Positions 61,204-64,000 of a stretch of 64,000 bases of DNA are shown one piece after another. Numbering within the stretch: the stretch's first letter is position 1; each line of letters starts with the position of its first letter. Source of the stretch: Pseudohongiellaceae bacterium. GTDB lineage: Bacteria > Pseudomonadota > Gammaproteobacteria > Pseudomonadales > Pseudohongiellaceae. The stretch is taken from NCBI GenBank assembly GCA_041689205.1, contig JBDNGQ010000209.1, forward strand, positions 3,842 to 67,841, written 5' to 3'. Below the pieces are notes generated by a model. The model saw only the letters and a program-made list of their open reading frames with translations, searched no databases and was not told the DNA's origin. The position numbers were made by a program, and so were the translations under genes.

Positions 61204-62727
61204 TCATTGCAGCACTGCGGTTTCGGGATTGTCTGCCAGCTGATCCAGTTGCAGATGGACTGCAAGCGTATCTGCATACACTTCAATCTCGTCGAGTATC
61301 TGCTGAGCCTCAGAGTCCGGCTGCTCAAGCCGCATTTTTGCGACTTCTGCACGAAAGCTCAGCAAATCGAGGCCGGCGCCGCGCTCCGACGATGAACGAA
61401 TGAGCCGCTGACGACAAAATTCACCCCAGCGCTGCATCTCTTCCCCATTCAGGCGATCTGGCCAGTTTCTCGCCCGATAACGAAACAGCATTTCATGCAG
61501 GCGGCCATCCTGAAATCGTGGCGCTAACGTCGCCAGAGAATCCGGGGGACAATTGCGAACAGCGCTGATGCCGCGCTTGTCTGTTTCGGAAAAAAAGCCG
61601 CCACTGTAAATCATATAATCAGGATCATCCTCCAGATCAGGTTCTTCATCAGGGCTGAGTTCAAGCAGCCGTCGGTCATAGGCCCTGGTTACTTTCTCCA
61701 GCACCATAGCCAGTTTCTCAGGGTCAGCGCACAGGCTTTCCCAATGCGTTTGACTAAGAGCCAGATCAACAGAATATTTCTCCGCAAGCTCAGCGCTCAG
61801 AACGCCTGCCGGCACCAGCACGGGACAACGATTAAGATGCACAACTTTAAGAGGAATCCGTTCTTCGCCTTCGGCAAGCAGTTGCTGGGAGGTAAACAGC
61901 AGACGCCTGATTTCCTCTACAGACAGCTCAATCCACTTCGCAGGATCGAGGCGCAGATCACAGACAATAACGCCATTACTGTCGATGGGATGCCTACACA
62001 GCGGAGCAACCAGAGCCAGACAACCTCGGATTGAGGGATACATCATAGAGACATGCAGTACCTGTTTGTGGGTCAGCAGATTAAGCTGTGCCTGCACCGC
62101 ATGCTTGCTGCGCAATTGATAAATATGTTCATACAATTTTGGTTGCCGGTCTCTGATCAGCCGCGCCAATTCAATTGTAGCCGCAACATCAGCCAGCGCA
62201 TCATGAGCATCAGCATGCGCGATGCCATTGGCTGCAGTCAGCATCTCCAGGCGAAAGCTGGGAGAACCATCCTCCTTTTGAGGCCAGACGATGCCCTGCG
62301 GTCGAGTGGCAGCGCACAAGCGCACCATATCGATAATGTCCCAGCGTGAATTACCGTTTTTCCATTCCCGCTCATAGGGATCATAGAAATTGCGGTACAA
62401 GATCTGACGGCTCAGTTCATCGTCAAAGCGGATGCTGTTATAGCCCGCCACACAAGTGCCGGCCTGAGAAAACTCAGCATGGATGCGAGCTATGAACTCA
62501 GCCTCGCATAAACCTTCCGCCAGCGCCTTCTGCGGGGTGATCCCGGTGATCAGGCAGGCCTGCGGGTGCGGCAGCATGTCAGGAGCAGGTTTACAGTACA
62601 TAAGCAGTGGCTCACCGATAATATTCAGTGCCTCGTCGGTGCGGATACCAGCAAACTGGGCGGCGCGATCCCGTCTCGGATCAGCTCCGAAAGTCTCATA
62701 GTCGTGCCAGTAAATTGTTCTGCTCAA
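61204..62727 (-). CDS. sbcB: Exodeoxyribonuclease I
   Basis: WHDYETFG, GYNSIRFDDE and HDALADV DEDDh motifs plus an ExoI C-terminal domain. Confidence 0.93.
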   Translation of the reverse strand: MSRTIYWHDYETFGADPRRDRAAQFAGIRTDEALNIIGEPLLMYCKPAPDMLPHPQACLITGITPQKALAEGLCEAEFIARIHAEFSQAGTCVAGYNSIRFDDELSRQILYRNFYDPYEREWKNGNSRWDIIDMVRLCAATRPQGIVWPQKEDGSPSFRLEMLTAANGIAHADAHDALADVAATIELARLIRDRQPKLYEHIYQLRSKHAVQAQLNLLTHKQVLHVSMMYPSIRGCLALVAPLCRHPIDSNGVIVCDLRLDPAKWIELSVEEIRRLLFTSQQLLAEGEERIPLKVVHLNRCPVLVPAGVLSAELAEKYSVDLALSQTHWESLCADPEKLAMVLEKVTRAYDRRLLELSPDEEPDLEDDPDYMIYSGGFFSETDKRGISAVRNCPPDSLATLAPRFQDGRLHEMLFRYRARNWPDRLNGEEMQRWGEFCRQRLIRSSSERGAGLDLLSFRAEVAKMRLEQPDSEAQQILDEIEVYADTLAVHLQLDQLADNPETAVLQ

Positions 62728-62936
62728 AACGCTAGCCTCTTAATCCATGTCGTCAGTCAATGTTACAAGACTATACATCTGCCTGACACACAAAAATTAA
62801 CCGCTCGCATTCCTTCAACACCCGCTTAGTAGTAGTATTCGCTTCGATACATAAGCAAACAATCTGCAATCTTATATTTCAGCTCGCATTCGAGCTTGAC
62901 GACACTGGAAACAAGTACAAGGACCCGATAATACTT

Positions 62937-63950
62937 ATGCACTTCCCTGGCGCCCATATTCTCAGCGTGACTCAGTTCGAACGTGAAGACGTCGAAACAG
63001 TTTTTAAAGTAGCTGATAACATGGTTCCTTTCGCACACCGTCAACGCATGACCAAAGTGCTGGATGGCGCAATTCTTGGCAATATGTTCTTTGAACCCAG
63101 CACCCGCACCCGGGTAAGTTTTGGCTGTGCGTTCAACCTGCTCGGCGGCGAGGTACGGGAAACCACTGATATCAAGTCTTCCTCGATCACCAAAGGTGAA
63201 TCACTGTACGATACCGCGCGCGTGCTCAGCGGCTACAGCGACATTATTGTGATGCGCCATACGCAGCCGGGCTCGGTAGCAGAGTTTGCGCGCGCCAGTC
63301 GGGTGCCCGTGCTCAATGCAGGCGATGGCACCAATGAACATCCGAGTCAGGCGCTGCTCGACCTGTACACGATTCGCAAAGAGCTCAAAACTCACGGACA
63401 GCAGATCGACGGTATGCGTATAGCAATGATAGGAGATCTCAAGCACGGCCGCACAGTGCACTCCCTGTCACAATTGATTCGTCTGTATTCAAACATCACC
63501 GTTACCCTGATCTCTCCTGATGAATTGCGCATGCCGCCTGAAATAGTTGAGGATCTGCGCAGGCATGGTCACACCGTCACAGAGACAGATGATATGGAAC
63601 AGGGCCTCGCGGACAATGATACGGTCTACCTGACCCGTATTCAGGAAGAGCGGTTTACCACCCGAATGGAAGCAGATATTTACCGCGGCCGGTTTCGGCT
63701 TAATCAGGAAATCTATACCCGTTACTGCCAGCCCAATACCGTGATAATGCATCCCCTTCCCAGGGATTCACGTGAGGAGGCCAACGAACTTGATAACGAT
63801 CTTAATCTTCACCCCAGCCTGGCGATATTCCGGCAGACCGATAATGGCGTCCTGGTGCGCATGGCACTTTTTGCTCTGGTGCTTAATGTCGCTGATCAGG
63901 TGGAAGATAGCGCACGTAAAGTTAACTGGTACACCGGAAGTCGATTTTAA
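62937..63950 (+). CDS. pyrB: Aspartate carbamoyltransferase catalytic subunit
   Basis: STRTR, GDGTNEHPSQALLDL, HGRTVHS and HPLPR motifs. Confidence 0.93.
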   Translation: MHFPGAHILSVTQFEREDVETVFKVADNMVPFAHRQRMTKVLDGAILGNMFFEPSTRTRVSFGCAFNLLGGEVRETTDIKSSSITKGESLYDTARVLSGYSDIIVMRHTQPGSVAEFARASRVPVLNAGDGTNEHPSQALLDLYTIRKELKTHGQQIDGMRIAMIGDLKHGRTVHSLSQLIRLYSNITVTLISPDELRMPPEIVEDLRRHGHTVTETDDMEQGLADNDTVYLTRIQEERFTTRMEADIYRGRFRLNQEIYTRYCQPNTVIMHPLPRDSREEANELDNDLNLHPSLAIFRQTDNGVLVRMALFALVLNVADQVEDSARKVNWYTGSRF

Positions 63951-63982
63951 AAATTACAATAATTATCGGAGAAGGATCAACC

Positions 63983-64000
63983 ATGGTTTTTAAAGATCTG
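63983..64000 (+). CDS. Start of a downstream ORF (MVFKDL...), possibly the ATCase regulatory subunit
   Basis: GGAGAAGGA lies 6 nt upstream of the ATG, and the ATG is 32 nt after pyrB. Only 6 codons are visible, so the identity is a positional guess. Confidence 0.25.

Noticed and set aside
1-64000. Window-wide look for CRISPR arrays, tRNA/rRNA genes, IS elements, integrases, phage or defence genes, and long dispersed repeats
   Set aside because: None were seen. The intergenic regions are short apart from those discussed, and every large ORF has a clear housekeeping identity.

Overview
This window reads as an ordinary, densely packed core-genome stretch of a gammaproteobacterium. As far as I recall, the gene order resembles Pseudomonas-type synteny: gyrA-pheA-tyrA/aroA-cmk-rpsA-ihfB; mtaD-ubiG-HAD phosphatase-SDR; metG...rnf-nth; argG/pyrC-rnt-grxD-argF; nrdAB. 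About 60 protein genes can be called from their translations. They include a complete ccmABCDEFGHI cytochrome c maturation operon followed by moaA-moaB, an rnf/rsx-type operon, nrdAB, dinG, sbcB and pyrB. I found no rRNA or tRNA genes, CRISPR arrays, transposases, integrases, phage genes or recognisable defence systems, and nothing I can defend as a clearly novel multi-gene system. The leads worth a second look are listed here. (1) The rnf operon has no rnfG, and RnfA/RnfE have lost three of the four cysteines that normally hold the intramembrane Fe-S centre. (2) A 55-aa rubredoxin gene lies between metG and rnfA, below the ORF-track size cutoff. (3) A stand-alone module lies in the AT-rich 450-bp gap between a HemD-like gene and moaB. 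It has a promoter-like site with a 9-2-9 palindrome, a 33-aa Ile/Leu/Val/Ala-rich mini-ORF, a stem-loop and a strong terminator, so it looks like either a small membrane or toxin-like peptide or an orphan ilv-type leader/attenuator. (4) A terminator-like hairpin lies in the sense orientation just upstream of argF. (5) TrpRS carries a Cys4 motif like that of Fe-S-containing TrpRS enzymes. (6) pheA has no chorismate mutase domain and is translationally coupled to gyrA. (7) There is a divergent cyclophilin with a large insertion. All functional calls come from reading the translations and recalling motifs. No database search was run.
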